A stretch of 64,000 nucleotides of DNA from an uncultured Acidobacteriota bacterium (GCA_963827655.1 CAWHCF010000049.1:160001-224000), one strand, 5' to 3'. Numbered from the stretch's first letter, positions 33,549-43,678 are shown. Notes: generated from the sequence alone by a model not told the origin. Program-made: numbers and translations.

Positions 33549-34417
33549 TCCAAGAACCTTTTGGTGAGGTCCCCGTAGGCTTCGAGCCTGCGGTCGCGTA
33601 GAAAAGGCCAGTGGGTTCGAACAATGTCGACGTTGTCGAGATCGCAAGCAACCAACAGAGTTTCCTCCTGATCCTGAGAACCCTCTTTCAAGACGCTTCC
33701 GCTCGGATCACACACAAAGCTGCCGCCCCAGAACTCGATGCCATCGGGTGGTGCCCCTTCGTGTCCGACTCGATTTACCGAGGCGACATAGACGCCATTG
33801 GCTATGGCATGACTTCTCTGGATTGTCTGCCAGGCTGAATGCTGGCTGGCGCCGTACTGCTGCTTCTCACTGGGGTGCCAGCCGATTGCGGTCGGGTAGA
33901 AAAGAATCTGGGCCCCGCCCAGCGCGGTCAAACGCGCTGCCTCGGGGTACCACTGGTCCCAGCAGACCAGAACGCCGATCCGTCCGTAGCGTGTCTCCCA
34001 GGCCGGAAAGCCAAGGTCTCCCGGTGTGAAATAAAACTTCTCATGGTAGAGCGGATCGTCAGGAATATGCATCTTGCGGTACTTGCCGAGATAGCTTCCA
34101 TCGGCATCGAGGATGGCGGCGGTATTGTGGTAGACGCCCGGAGCCCGGCGCTCGAACAGGGGAACAATTATGACCAACTTAAGCTCTCGAGCCAGCTTGC
34201 TCATAAGTTCCGTCGTGGGACCGGGGACTTCTTCGGCAAGTCTGAAGTTTGCATGGTCCTCGACCTGGCAGAAGTAAGGCGACTTGAAAAGCTCCTGCAA
34301 GCAAACCATCTGGGCGCCTTGCGCCGCGGCCTCTCGGATGCGCGTGACTGCCTTTTCGAGATTGGCTTCAGGCTTCCCCGCACACGACATCTGGATCAGT
34401 CCCACGTAAACACGCAT
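33545..34417 (-). CDS. aguB: N-carbamoylputrescine amidohydrolase (carbon-nitrogen hydrolase)
   Basis: LQELF, YRKMHIPDDP, EKFYF.PGD, CWDQWYPE, WPFLRDRR; coupled to aguA. Confidence 0.9.
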   Translation of the reverse strand: MRVYVGLIQMSCAGKPEANLEKAVTRIREAAAQGAQMVCLQELFKSPYFCQVEDHANFRLAEEVPGPTTELMSKLARELKLVIIVPLFERRAPGVYHNTAAILDADGSYLGKYRKMHIPDDPLYHEKFYFTPGDLGFPAWETRYGRIGVLVCWDQWYPEAARLTALGGAQILFYPTAIGWHPSEKQQYGASQHSAWQTIQRSHAIANGVYVASVNRVGHEGAPPDGIEFWGGSFVCDPSGSVLKEGSQDQEETLLVACDLDNVDIVRTHWPFLRDRRLEAYGDLTKRFLD

Positions 34418-34445
34418 GGCGGTAATTATATCAAGAGATCCTAGC

Positions 34446-34520
34446 AACGAAGTCGCGAAGAAACACAGGTACAGGCGTCTGTTTCCTGGTGTTTCTTCGT
34501 GTCTTTGTAATCTTCGTGGT
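34446..34520. repeat. Octamer inverted array
   Basis: aacgaagtcgcgaagaaacacagg ... cctggtgtttcttcgtgtctttgtaatcttcgtggt. Confidence 0.8.
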
Positions 34521-34639
34521 ATTTGTTTCACGGAAGGCAATGAAACACCAGGCTACAAGGAGGGAGAGCATTTTTGAGCTTGTGGCAGGGATGGATCTCA
34601 TACAGAATCCCTCTCTGCGATTGAAACCAGGAGATTGAT

Positions 34640-34879
34640 ATGAGCGAAGCCAACCTCGTCGTCTTGAACAACGGCCCGCTGCGCGTGTCGGGAAACTTCG
34701 TGATCAGGGATGCCCAGGGAAATGCCTTTGATCTTTCGGGGCGCGATGCGATTTCCCTCTGCCGTTGCGGAAATTCAAACAACAAGCCTTTTTGCGATGG
34801 GTCTCACAACCGCGTAGGTTTTCAATCGGAGGTTCAGGCGCGGACGCTTCCGCCGCCTGCCCCGAAGCCGACGCTTTGA
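34640..34879 (+). CDS. CDGSH iron-sulfur domain protein
   Basis: NGPL..., LCRCGNSNNKPFCDGSH. Confidence 0.95.
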   Translation: MSEANLVVLNNGPLRVSGNFVIRDAQGNAFDLSGRDAISLCRCGNSNNKPFCDGSHNRVGFQSEVQARTLPPPAPKPTL

Positions 34880-34953
34880 GACGTCCCCGATTCGTGACTG
34901 AACTCTGAGCGAAGGGTTGTTGCCCTGAAACCGCTGCGAAACGAAGAAAGTTT

Positions 34954-35145
34954 TCAGCCGCGCGCGCGATCGCGGGCTGCGTTGTTAAAAGCATCGAGCA
35001 AGCGGAAGTACTCTTCGTGGTCAAAGACCCGGTTCGGATCGCCGTTATCCACCTCGCCTGCTGATTTCAGGCACAACCGGCATATCCAGAGGACGCGACC
35101 CTTTTCAAAAGTTTCGGTGTAGACTTTTTCGTGCTGGCAAGTCAT
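34954..35145 (-). CDS. Small hypothetical protein with CxH...CxxC motif
   Basis: 63-aa ORF MTCQH...WICRLC; AAGGA upstream. Confidence 0.55.
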   Translation of the reverse strand: MTCQHEKVYTETFEKGRVLWICRLCLKSAGEVDNGDPNRVFDHEEYFRLLDAFNNAARDRARG

Positions 35146-35304
35146 GTGGGCAATCCTTATTCTGCAACGCCAGGTTTACTTCGTCAAGATAACTGAACGG
35201 CTGGGACTTTGTGCCTGTGCGGCCGTACGCGAAAACAGGATTCACCGCCGGGACACGAAGTCGCCAGTAACCGCGAGTTCTCCTTGATCTCAAGCGATAG
35301 CACC

Positions 35305-36453
35305 ATGACGGGCGGCGACCGGCCTTCCGCGACCCGGCATGGCTTTATCGATCTACTCCGCGGTTTCGCGCTGATTTTCATGATCGAGACCCACGTAGTC
35401 AACGCCTACTTGCCGGAGGCCTATCGCTCCAGCCAGTTTTTCTTCTGGCTCTCATTTGTCAATGGCCTGGTTGCTCCGGCTTTTCTTTTCGCCACCGGCT
35501 TTTCGGTCATCCTCCAGGCCAGCCGTAACTGGGATTCTTGGCTCAGATTCAGTTTGCCTTTCTTGAGGCAAATGCGACGGCTCGGGTTCATCACCCTGAT
35601 CGCCTACTACACTCACATCCAATGCTTCAAATTGAGCTGCTATCTGAACCCGGAGCAACCCGATCTCTGGAGAAAGACACTGCAGGTCGATATCCTTCAG
35701 TGCATCGTCGCATCGCTCCTGGTTGTTCACCTCCTGATTGTCGCTCTTCGAAAGCCTATCCTGACGGCATGGGGAGCCGGTCTGCTTGCGGCGCTTGTCG
35801 CTCTCTTGACACCCCTGGTCTGGTCCCAGGACTTCACCGGCCGGATTCCCCTTGGGCTTGCGCTTTTCCTCAATCCGCACGGAGTGTCTCTCTTTCCGTT
35901 GTTTCCCTGGACTTGTCTGGTCCTTTCCGGCAGCGTGGCCGCCTTCCTCTTCCTCAAGTCTGTGAAAGCGCGGCACGAAATCCGTCACATGCGAAACGTG
36001 TTTCTTCTCGGTCTCGTCATGATCGCCGGCGGGCTGATCGGGCGCTGGGCTCCCCTTACTCTTCCCGGACATGAGAGTTTCTACACCACGAGCCCGCTCT
36101 ACGTCATGATCCGGCTCGGGTGCGTCCTGGTCATCGTGGCTTTACTGGCCGGACTGGAGAAGCTCGCGCATCTTGTCCCAAAGTCAATACAGGTGGCAGG
36201 GCAGGAGTCGCTGCTGGTCTATGGTGTCCACCTCTGGCTCATCTTCGCCGTGTTCAGGGGAAAGCATGTGGGACCGATCCTGGGGCTGGAGGCCGGATAC
36301 GCGAAGTGCTTTTTGCTGAGCGCCGTTGTTACGGTATTCATGCTGTGGCTTGCGGGCTGGTGGCACAAGCTCAAGCGCGACTATCCCACTCGTGTCAGAC
36401 ACGCCCAGGCCACGGCCGTGATCATCATGATCCTTGTTTTCGTTCTTCGGTAG
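35305..36453 (+). CDS. DUF1624 / HGSNAT-like membrane acyltransferase-family protein
   Basis: IDLLRGFALIFMIETH, APAFLF..G, VDILQCI, FPLFPW, G.ESL..Y..H. Confidence 0.85.
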   Translation: MTGGDRPSATRHGFIDLLRGFALIFMIETHVVNAYLPEAYRSSQFFFWLSFVNGLVAPAFLFATGFSVILQASRNWDSWLRFSLPFLRQMRRLGFITLIAYYTHIQCFKLSCYLNPEQPDLWRKTLQVDILQCIVASLLVVHLLIVALRKPILTAWGAGLLAALVALLTPLVWSQDFTGRIPLGLALFLNPHGVSLFPLFPWTCLVLSGSVAAFLFLKSVKARHEIRHMRNVFLLGLVMIAGGLIGRWAPLTLPGHESFYTTSPLYVMIRLGCVLVIVALLAGLEKLAHLVPKSIQVAGQESLLVYGVHLWLIFAVFRGKHVGPILGLEAGYAKCFLLSAVVTVFMLWLAGWWHKLKRDYPTRVRHAQATAVIIMILVFVLR

Positions 36454-36571
36454 CGCTGCAACCTAAGTCGCGCAGACTTAAGATTCTTCGGAGACGTGCA
36501 ATCTGAACCGGTTTCTTCCGAAGCAACAGATCGCGCCATGAACCCTAAGACTCGAAGAAACGCGAAGAACC

Positions 36572-38608
36572 TCACTGAGCCGGCGCGAGCTTGGTAGAAG
36601 CGAGCGGAAGTGGCGAGCGAAGAAAACGCAGGAACTCCTCGGGCTTTCGAGTCATTCCGGGGAAGGTAGCGATCTTGTTTCCTTGATGGTCCAGAATGAC
36701 GTAGAGCGGCAGGGCTACGGTGCCGAATTGGTCTTTTTGATAGCGCTGGTTGTCTTCGTATTGCTGGCCCGAGCCGTCGGTGTAAAGCTGAACTCGAACG
36801 AATTTCTCAAGCTCAGCATGGACCAGCGGGAGAGGGAAAATGTTTGCTTCCATCCAGCGGCAATTCGTACACGTGTACCCGGTAAAGTCGATAAAGACGC
36901 GTTTTTGAGTCGTGCGAGCCTGTTCCAGCGCAGGCTTCAGGCTGGTATGCCAGGTGAGGTCGGGTCCGCGGGAACCGCTCCCGGTTAAGGCAAGTCCTCC
37001 GGCATTTCGAGGAGGAAGAAAAGCCTCGAGCGTCCCCAGGCTTCCTCCGATCAAACCCGTGAAGAGATAAAAGCCGATCGCCAGGAAAGTCATTGCGGAC
37101 AACATCCGCATTACCCCGAGGCTTTCGACTGGTGAGTCGTGCGGCAGACGAAATGTGCCGAGCAGGTAGACTGTCGCCAGGACGGCGATCGAGAGCCAAA
37201 CCGCCAGGATTAACTCGCGAGTGAAGATCTGCCAGTTCCAGACCAGGTCTACGTTGGAAATGAACTTCATCGCAGCCGCGACTTCCAGGAAGCCCATCGT
37301 GACCTTGACGGAATTCAGCCAACCTCCGCTCTTGGGCAGCGAGGTGAGAAGCTGCGGGACGAGCGCCAGGATGAAAAACGGAGCCGCAAAGACAATCGAA
37401 AAACCGAGCATTCCAAGAGCCGGCCAGAGCCAGTCTCCCTGAGAGGTTGCGACCAGCACGGTCCCGACGAAGGGAACCGTGCAGGTGAAGCTGGTCAGAG
37501 TGAAGGTCAGTCCCATCAGCAGAGTTTGAACGTAGCCGCCGCTGTCCCCCGCCTTGGAGAGTCTGGTCAGGACGCTCGATGGAATTCCTATCTGGTATAA
37601 GCCAAAGAGGTTCAGCGCAAATCCAAGGAAAACCGCCGTAATCAGTAAATTCACCCACGGATTGGCCGCAAACTGGTTAATGCCGGTGGCTCCCAGCAGC
37701 GCGGCGAGCCCCAGGCCCAGGCCTGTGAATGTAAAGATGATACCCAGGCAATATATCGTCGCCTGCTTGAGTCCAGCTGATTTACCCGTCTCGGCATTCT
37801 TGGTGAAATAGGATACGGTGATCGGGATCATGGGAAAGACACACGGGGTGGCTAATGAAAGAGCTCCCATGGTCATGGCCAGCCACAAGAAAGGTAGAAA
37901 CCCACTCGATCGCGCCTCCGCCACTTCCGCCGCGGTTCCGGCGATTGCGCGAGCCGGGTCCGGATTCGCAGCGGGTTGGGAAGCCGAAATGGGCGCGGAT
38001 GAACCGGCGTCAGGAGGTACCGCAGGGTTCGCCGCGGATTCAGTTTCCGGCGCCGAGGTCGGCGCCTCAGCGCCTTTGCCAGGTTGCGCGGCCGTGCCGG
38101 ATGACACCTTTATCTTTACCGGAATGGGTACTTTGGCGGGTGGCAGACAGAGCGTGTCATTACACGCCATGTACACCACCTGAATCCTGGCTTCGTATTC
38201 GCCCGGCTTGGCATCGGCCGCCGCTTTCAGCGACACCCAGAAATCGGCGCCGACGGTAAAGAACTCGGTCGGAATCCCGAAATTAGGATCGAATTTGGTA
38301 GTCGGGGCCGACTGGCGGACGCGGCTTCCGATCTGGAAGGGCGGTCCCGAAAGGAGTGTGAAGCGTGTGGGAACGGGCCCGCCCGGCGGCTGCGTTGTGG
38401 AGTAAAGGTGCCAGTCCCCGTCGATGGTAGCTTCGATTTTTACCTCAACTTCTCCCCCTGCCGCGACAGGCTTGGCCGGTGGCCGTGCAACCCACCGGAC
38501 CGGCGGTTCAGAAGGAGCCTGGGCATGAGTTGGAACCTGGGCCAGAATGAATAAGGCCAGGATAGCGGCACAGCGGGAGCCAAGAAATACTCGACCTGAC
38601 CGGTCCAT
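36572..38608 (-). CDS. dsbD: Protein-disulfide reductase DsbD family (N-terminal Ig-like, CcdA-like TM, thioredoxin domains)
   Basis: WHLYS, CND..CLPP, TPCVFPMIP, FTCT.P, LPKSGGWL, DFTGYTCTNC. Confidence 0.92.
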   Translation of the reverse strand: MDRSGRVFLGSRCAAILALFILAQVPTHAQAPSEPPVRWVARPPAKPVAAGGEVEVKIEATIDGDWHLYSTTQPPGGPVPTRFTLLSGPPFQIGSRVRQSAPTTKFDPNFGIPTEFFTVGADFWVSLKAAADAKPGEYEARIQVVYMACNDTLCLPPAKVPIPVKIKVSSGTAAQPGKGAEAPTSAPETESAANPAVPPDAGSSAPISASQPAANPDPARAIAGTAAEVAEARSSGFLPFLWLAMTMGALSLATPCVFPMIPITVSYFTKNAETGKSAGLKQATIYCLGIIFTFTGLGLGLAALLGATGINQFAANPWVNLLITAVFLGFALNLFGLYQIGIPSSVLTRLSKAGDSGGYVQTLLMGLTFTLTSFTCTVPFVGTVLVATSQGDWLWPALGMLGFSIVFAAPFFILALVPQLLTSLPKSGGWLNSVKVTMGFLEVAAAMKFISNVDLVWNWQIFTRELILAVWLSIAVLATVYLLGTFRLPHDSPVESLGVMRMLSAMTFLAIGFYLFTGLIGGSLGTLEAFLPPRNAGGLALTGSGSRGPDLTWHTSLKPALEQARTTQKRVFIDFTGYTCTNCRWMEANIFPLPLVHAELEKFVRVQLYTDGSGQQYEDNQRYQKDQFGTVALPLYVILDHQGNKIATFPGMTRKPEEFLRFLRSPLPLASTKLAPAQ

Positions 38609-38701
38609 GGCGCAAAATTATAGCAGCTTTCCATGTCGATGGTTGATTCTTTAGGTCTTCGTGGGGTTGCTTTGCGTCCTGGCGGTTAGCGCCAATAATG
38701 T

Positions 38702-38729
38702 TTAACGATTCCGGGGCAGGCATCGTCTA
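38702..38729 (+). promoter_or_regulatory. Putative autoregulatory ECF promoter
   Basis: TTAAC-N17-CGTCTA upstream of the ECF sigma gene. Confidence 0.55.
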
Positions 38730-38750
38730 AGCTGTCGGAAAACCGGAAGA

Positions 38751-39392
38751 ATGGGATTGGAGAATCGCTTAAGCTGGGGGAATGTGCTTAGCCTTGAGCA
38801 CCCCGCGAAGGAGAGGCGCTTGACAGGTCCCGATGACCCGGGCGCGGCCTCGGATCTTGTCGAGGGCTGCAAGTTCGGGAAAATATCGGCTTACGAAGAA
38901 CTCTATCGAGTGCATGGTCCGCGCATGAAGAGCATTGCGTTGAATCTGCTGGGGAATGTTTCCGATGCAGAGGATGCGATCCAGGAGGCCTTTTTGAAGA
39001 TCTATCGCAGCGTGGGGAACTTCAAAGGGGAATCGACCTTTACCACCTGGATTTATCGCGTACTGGTGAACACGTGTTACGACTTGAGGCGAAAGCACAG
39101 ACGACGGCATGAGACGGCGGAGCTGGATGCTGATCCCGGCGGAATTCACCCGGCTCGTGAGGTTTCCGATCATCCTCTGAGAATGACTCTCCAAAAATGC
39201 CTGGCCCATTTACACCCGAGAAACCGAGCGGTTTTTCTTCTGTTCGAAGTCGAAGGGTTCAAGCACCGAGAAATCGCTGAAATTTTGAGCATTCCTGAAG
39301 GAACTTCGAAGAACCTCCTCTTCGAGGCCAAGCGAGAATTACAGCGGATGCTGTGGGAATCTTCGAACAGCGCGAGGACGCATGCGTCATGA
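38751..39392 (+). CDS. ECF RNA polymerase sigma factor
   Basis: DAEDAIQEAF, F.TWIYR...N, region 4 EIAEILSIPEGTSK. Confidence 0.93.
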   Translation: MGLENRLSWGNVLSLEHPAKERRLTGPDDPGAASDLVEGCKFGKISAYEELYRVHGPRMKSIALNLLGNVSDAEDAIQEAFLKIYRSVGNFKGESTFTTWIYRVLVNTCYDLRRKHRRRHETAELDADPGGIHPAREVSDHPLRMTLQKCLAHLHPRNRAVFLLFEVEGFKHREIAEILSIPEGTSKNLLFEAKRELQRMLWESSNSARTHAS

Positions 39393-40051
39393 AGATTGAA
39401 TGCAAAGACCTGCCTTACGTGCTTCGGCACGAAGAGCCCGAGTTGCTCAAGGCGCTCGAAGTCCACACCGAGACCTGCGCGCCATGCCGGGAGCAGTTCA
39501 AGATATGGAAGGAAATCTCACTCACCGCAGGCCAATTACGACAGGAGTGGGAGAGTCCTGGTTTGTGGCCCAGAATTCATCAGGCCCTGGCCGCCGAGTC
39601 TCAAGGCTCGAAGTCGACCAGATCCTGGAACAGCCTGATGTCGAGCTGGCAGGTGCCCGCCGCCGTCCTGGCGCTGATCCTGATCGCAATCTCGGGCGTT
39701 TGGGTTCTGCTGCGCAATTCTGAAACGGCGCCTGTCACCGACAATCGAGTCGATCAACGACAGCCGCTCCTTACCGAGCAGGCATTGCGCGACATCGAGA
39801 GCGCGGAAGCTGCTTATATCCAGTCGATTGAAAAGCTGTCTGCCGTTGTCGAGCCCAGAGTCCAGCAGGCGTCCTCGCCCCTCCTGATCAGCTATCGGGA
39901 AAAGCTGATGCTCATCGACGCCGCCATCAGTGAATGCCGCGCCAATATCGAGCGAAACCGTTTTAACGCGCATTTGCGTCAGGAGCTACTTTCGGTCTAC
40001 AGGGAAAAACAGGACACACTCCAGCAGGTTTTGAGGGAGGACAAGCAATGA
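39389..40051 (+). CDS. Putative membrane anti-sigma factor
   Basis: ATGA overlap with the sigma gene, HxxxCxxC motif (HTETCAPC), one TM helix. Confidence 0.8.
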   Translation: MKIECKDLPYVLRHEEPELLKALEVHTETCAPCREQFKIWKEISLTAGQLRQEWESPGLWPRIHQALAAESQGSKSTRSWNSLMSSWQVPAAVLALILIAISGVWVLLRNSETAPVTDNRVDQRQPLLTEQALRDIESAEAAYIQSIEKLSAVVEPRVQQASSPLLISYREKLMLIDAAISECRANIERNRFNAHLRQELLSVYREKQDTLQQVLREDKQ

Positions 40052-41826
40052 GCTGCGATAGGCCCGGCAAGGCGCCGGCGACCATAATCCGGTTCTTTTC
40101 CTTTATAACGGTTTGGCTCTGTTGGAGCGGGCTTGTCCTGGCCGGCAGACCTGCACAGCGCGAGGAATTCACCAAGAGCTTTCAGAAGGCCGTGCAACTC
40201 TCGCCCGGGCTTGGAATCCGAATCGACCATCGGCACGGCGACATCGTCATACGCACTCATCGCCTGGAAGAGGCGCGCATCGATGCCATGATCCGCGTAT
40301 CGGCCGCGACGAAGGCCGATGCCACACGGTTCGGCGATCAAATCGAAATTCAGGTGGAGCAGACTGCCGCTGCGGTTTCAATCCGGACCAAATATCCGGA
40401 GTCGCGCGACGGGTCTCTCTTTCGCCGCCAGAACGTGTCTTTTTCCGTCGACTATCAGATTGTGATTCCCGAAAGCGCCCCTTTGAGCGTTCGAAATAGT
40501 TTCGGAAACGTCTCCGTGTCTCAGTTGAAAGCGAGCGCGGACATCACCAATGCTCATGGCCTCCTTGCCTTCAAGGACGGCGAGGGAACCCAGAGGCTGG
40601 AAAATTCATTCGGAGGAGTCGAAGTCACCGGGAATAGAGGCGATGTCACCATAACGAACGGCAACAATTTTGTCACCGTGGCAAATGTGGACGGCTCGGT
40701 CAATGTACGCAACCGATTCGGCAATGTGACTGCCACTAAAATAAGCAGGGCGGCCACAATTGTGAACAGCAACGGAAACGTCCTGCTGACGGGAGCCGCG
40801 GGTCCTTCCTCGATCGCGAACTCCTTCGGCGCGGCGAACGCGAGCGACATAACCGGCGACATCATCGTCAAGAATAACAATGGTGCCGTGGATGCGCGTA
40901 ACATACAGGGTGGGGCCGAGCTGAGTACGTCATTTGGCTCGATCAATTTTTTCGATATCGGCCGGAGACTGGCCTGTATCGCAACCAACACGCGTATAAC
41001 CGGGAGCAAGGTGGCTGGAGGCGCCGTGGTGCGCACGACCTTCGGCGCGGTCGAACTGCGCGACCTCGGGGGCGATACCGAGGTCCAGAATTCCAATGGC
41101 AAGATTTCGATTCAGGACGTGCGGGGCGAGGCGCTCCTTAAGACGAGTTTTGGAGCTATAGAAGCCATGGGCATTAGCGGGAACGCCACGGTCAGCAATT
41201 CCAACGCAGGCACCACGCTCAGTAATGTCCAGGGGGTGGTGGATATTCGCAGCTCCTTCGGGCCGATTGATGTAAGCGGAATCAGAAAAGGAGTCAAGAT
41301 AATCTCCGGAAACAGCAACGTCACGATCGCGGGTATTGCCGATGCTGCTTATGTGAAAACGACCTTTGGGCTGATAAAGGCAAGCCGCATCGGGGGTTCG
41401 CTCACCGCGGAGAATACGAACGGCGGAGTTACCGGCTCCTCCATCAAAGGCGCCGCGAACGTGCGGACTTCTTTTTCTTCAGTGATCCTGGATGGAGTGA
41501 GCGGCGGAGTCGACGTTTACAACCAGAATGGTTCTATCGAAGTATTGGGACTGGCCGCCAAGACGCCAGGCTCGCCGGGCTGCAATCCCATTATCCTTAG
41601 AACTTCCTTTTCTCCCATTCGGGTCTACCTTCCAGAAGACGCTGGATTCAATGTCACGGCTCGAACCTCTTTCGGCAAGATCAATAGCGAACTGCCGCTG
41701 ACCGTCAGCGGCAGCTTGAGCGCCGATGCCCTGTCGGGAAAAATCGGCACCGGCGAATGCGAATTGAATCTCACCAACAACAACGGCAATATCGAGATCC
41801 TTCGGGCATCCCTGAAGAAGAAGTAG
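40048..41826 (+). CDS. DUF4097 beta-strand repeat (adhesin-like) secreted protein
   Basis: Signal peptide; alternating NxxG / SFG beta repeats; ATGA overlap with the anti-sigma gene. Confidence 0.85.
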   Translation: MSCDRPGKAPATIIRFFSFITVWLCWSGLVLAGRPAQREEFTKSFQKAVQLSPGLGIRIDHRHGDIVIRTHRLEEARIDAMIRVSAATKADATRFGDQIEIQVEQTAAAVSIRTKYPESRDGSLFRRQNVSFSVDYQIVIPESAPLSVRNSFGNVSVSQLKASADITNAHGLLAFKDGEGTQRLENSFGGVEVTGNRGDVTITNGNNFVTVANVDGSVNVRNRFGNVTATKISRAATIVNSNGNVLLTGAAGPSSIANSFGAANASDITGDIIVKNNNGAVDARNIQGGAELSTSFGSINFFDIGRRLACIATNTRITGSKVAGGAVVRTTFGAVELRDLGGDTEVQNSNGKISIQDVRGEALLKTSFGAIEAMGISGNATVSNSNAGTTLSNVQGVVDIRSSFGPIDVSGIRKGVKIISGNSNVTIAGIADAAYVKTTFGLIKASRIGGSLTAENTNGGVTGSSIKGAANVRTSFSSVILDGVSGGVDVYNQNGSIEVLGLAAKTPGSPGCNPIILRTSFSPIRVYLPEDAGFNVTARTSFGKINSELPLTVSGSLSADALSGKIGTGECELNLTNNNGNIEILRASLKKK

Positions 41827-41849
41827 TCGTTGGTCTTCGCGCCCTGGCC

Positions 41850-41940
41850 GGCAAGTCGACGAAGCGCTTGTTATCCGGGTAGAGAACGTCGCGTAAGAAG
41901 AAGCGATCGATGACGAAGATGTTGCTGTCGAGTAGATCAA
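41850..41940 (-). pseudogene. Truncated PIN/VapC toxin N-terminus
   Basis: Alternative frame reads LLDSNIFVIDRFFLRDVLYPDNKRFVDL and then runs into the convergent DUF4097 gene. Confidence 0.6.
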
Positions 41941-42276
41941 GCGATCCCCTTTGATGGCCTTGTCCATTTCCCGCCAGGACTTGAAGCGAAGCCGACCGCG
42001 GACCTTGGCCGAAGCCTGCTCGAATAGCGACTCTAGCTCTCTGTCTTCTCGAGCCCTCAGCTCCGGGTACTTTCCGGCGATCTCCTCTCGCCAGGAATCG
42101 TAGAGAGTCGTCGGGTACTCGGTTGCTTTGGGTTTGAGGTCTTCAGGATCGAAGGGCTTGACTGTCGCAACGGGCTTCGCCCTTCGCGTCACGATAAGGG
42201 TAGTTCCTCGCTCTATTTCCCGCAGCAACCGGGTTGCCTGATTCTTCAGCTCCCGCACTGATACAAACCTTGCCAT
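41935..42276 (-). CDS. Phd/YefM-family antitoxin (3' end uncertain; no stop at the expected site)
   Basis: MARFVSVRELKNQATRLLREIERGTTLIVTRRAKPVA. Confidence 0.85.
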
Positions 42277-42290
42277 CGCCGCCTTCTCCA

Positions 42291-42329
42291 GTTGGCCACA
42301 ATTGTAGCTACCTGAGCGAATTGAGTCAA
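42291..42329 (-). promoter_or_regulatory. Sigma70 promoter with overlapping operator palindromes for the antitoxin gene
   Basis: TTGACT-N17-TACAAT; GTAGCTAC and TGGCCA palindromes over and just after the -10. Confidence 0.75.
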
Positions 42330-42861
42330 GTCGCATCGTAGCGGTCGATCGCTCGAGATCTGCGATACGAGCACAGGCCGCACTCCACGGCCTAGACGAC
42401 GTCGTCCCGACGCGCGAGCCTTCGGATGAGCAAGATTCCGAGCCGGAGGGTCCGATTACCTCGGATCGAGATCGTAATCCACTGGTTGCAGATCTTGATG
42501 CTGGCAGCGCCGGCGATGCCGAGGTAGTCTAATCATTCGGTCCGGCGATCGCAAACGAGCCTGCCTGGTACTCGGCGAAGACGCTTCGAAGTCGAAGCGT
42601 TTCAGGCAGGGAAGGGAAGAGCCGGCGGTGGTCTTCGAATCAGGGTGTGGTGAAATCAATTGCGGGGACGCCGGGCCGGGGAGGCTTCCTGTGCTCACCT
42701 TCCGGCCCGGCTCGCCTCGTCGTCCTCCCTCACGCCGACTCCCCCTAACCGGCGAGAAGAATTCATCGACGAAGGCGTCTCAACCCAAAAACAACGTGCG
42801 AACGATGCGTTCTTCCTGGCATCGCGTCCGCATGTTATGCAGCGATAACTCGATGGTGCGG

Positions 42862-43059
42862 TCAGTGAACTTCCGGATAAAATTCTCCCTGTTCCAAAAC
42901 TTCCTTGAAATTGAGAATCCCCCGGCTGCAGGAGGGACATTCTGCAACATGAAGCTCAAGCAACTGCTGCATCTCGGGGCTCAACCCGTGCGCCCGTATT
43001 TCGTAGCAGAGGAGATCCAGCAGCGTTTGTGTACACCCAGACGGTTCATGGAGCCGCAT
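42862..43059 (-). CDS. Stand-alone zf-HC (zinc anti-sigma-like) miniprotein, 65 aa
   Basis: C...LxxHVAECPSC motif; GGAGG ribosome-binding site. Confidence 0.7.
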   Translation of the reverse strand: MRLHEPSGCTQTLLDLLCYEIRAHGLSPEMQQLLELHVAECPSCSRGILNFKEVLEQGEFYPEVH

Positions 43060-43195
43060 CGTTTCCTCCGAGCTCCGATAAAAGCTGTCTCTGTTGCTAC
43101 CGCCGATCAGCCCATTTTCTATTGACGATTGATGATTGAAATAATCCGTCAGTTCGAATACACCGCCAGTCTAAGGAATCTTATGAGGGATGCGT

Positions 43196-43678
43196 CTAGC
43201 GGCCCTCTGTCGATGAATCACTCCTGAAGTTGATTTTTAGGTAGATTTCGCCGTCCGTAACGTAAAGTTGAGCCAAGCCGTTCAGATCCTCTGAACGCAT
43301 CCGGCTTCGTGCAATCTGGTAAAATCGTGTTTCCTCGACTGCCACCAGATCTTCCTCCAGTATTCCGTGTTGCTCTCTGTCCAGCGACTTGCTGGAGACA
43401 CGCGATGAGGGAATCACGATCGCTACCTGCTTGCCGGGAAACATCGCATCGGAAAGGCGGTCGATGAACTGGCTGCGCGTCAGCCCCATGCGTTCGATCG
43501 CGCTCTCTGAGATCTCAAACTGGCTGTGACTCGCCAGTTCCCGTGATTGCGCATTGCGAGCGAAAACCATGGTTACAGCATCCAGGTGGCGGCAATCCGC
43601 CTCCCTGTGCCATGGCAAAGCCTGGAACTAAAGTAAGGTCAATACCCCTGCAAACAGCGCAGCCCCGCGGTTCTTCAT
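43196..43678 (-). CDS. Secreted hypothetical protein (reading frame broken near 43630 and probably near 43575)
   Basis: GGGAGG ribosome-binding site then MKNRGAALFAGVLTLL/LVPGFAMA signal peptide, QGGGLPPPGCC, then the ORF 43196-43618 body. Confidence 0.6.

Noticed and set aside
41479-42336. 285-aa antitoxin fusion protein as listed in the ORF track
   Set aside because: The C-terminal half is antisense to the DUF4097 gene and reflects read-through at the broken antitoxin/toxin junction.
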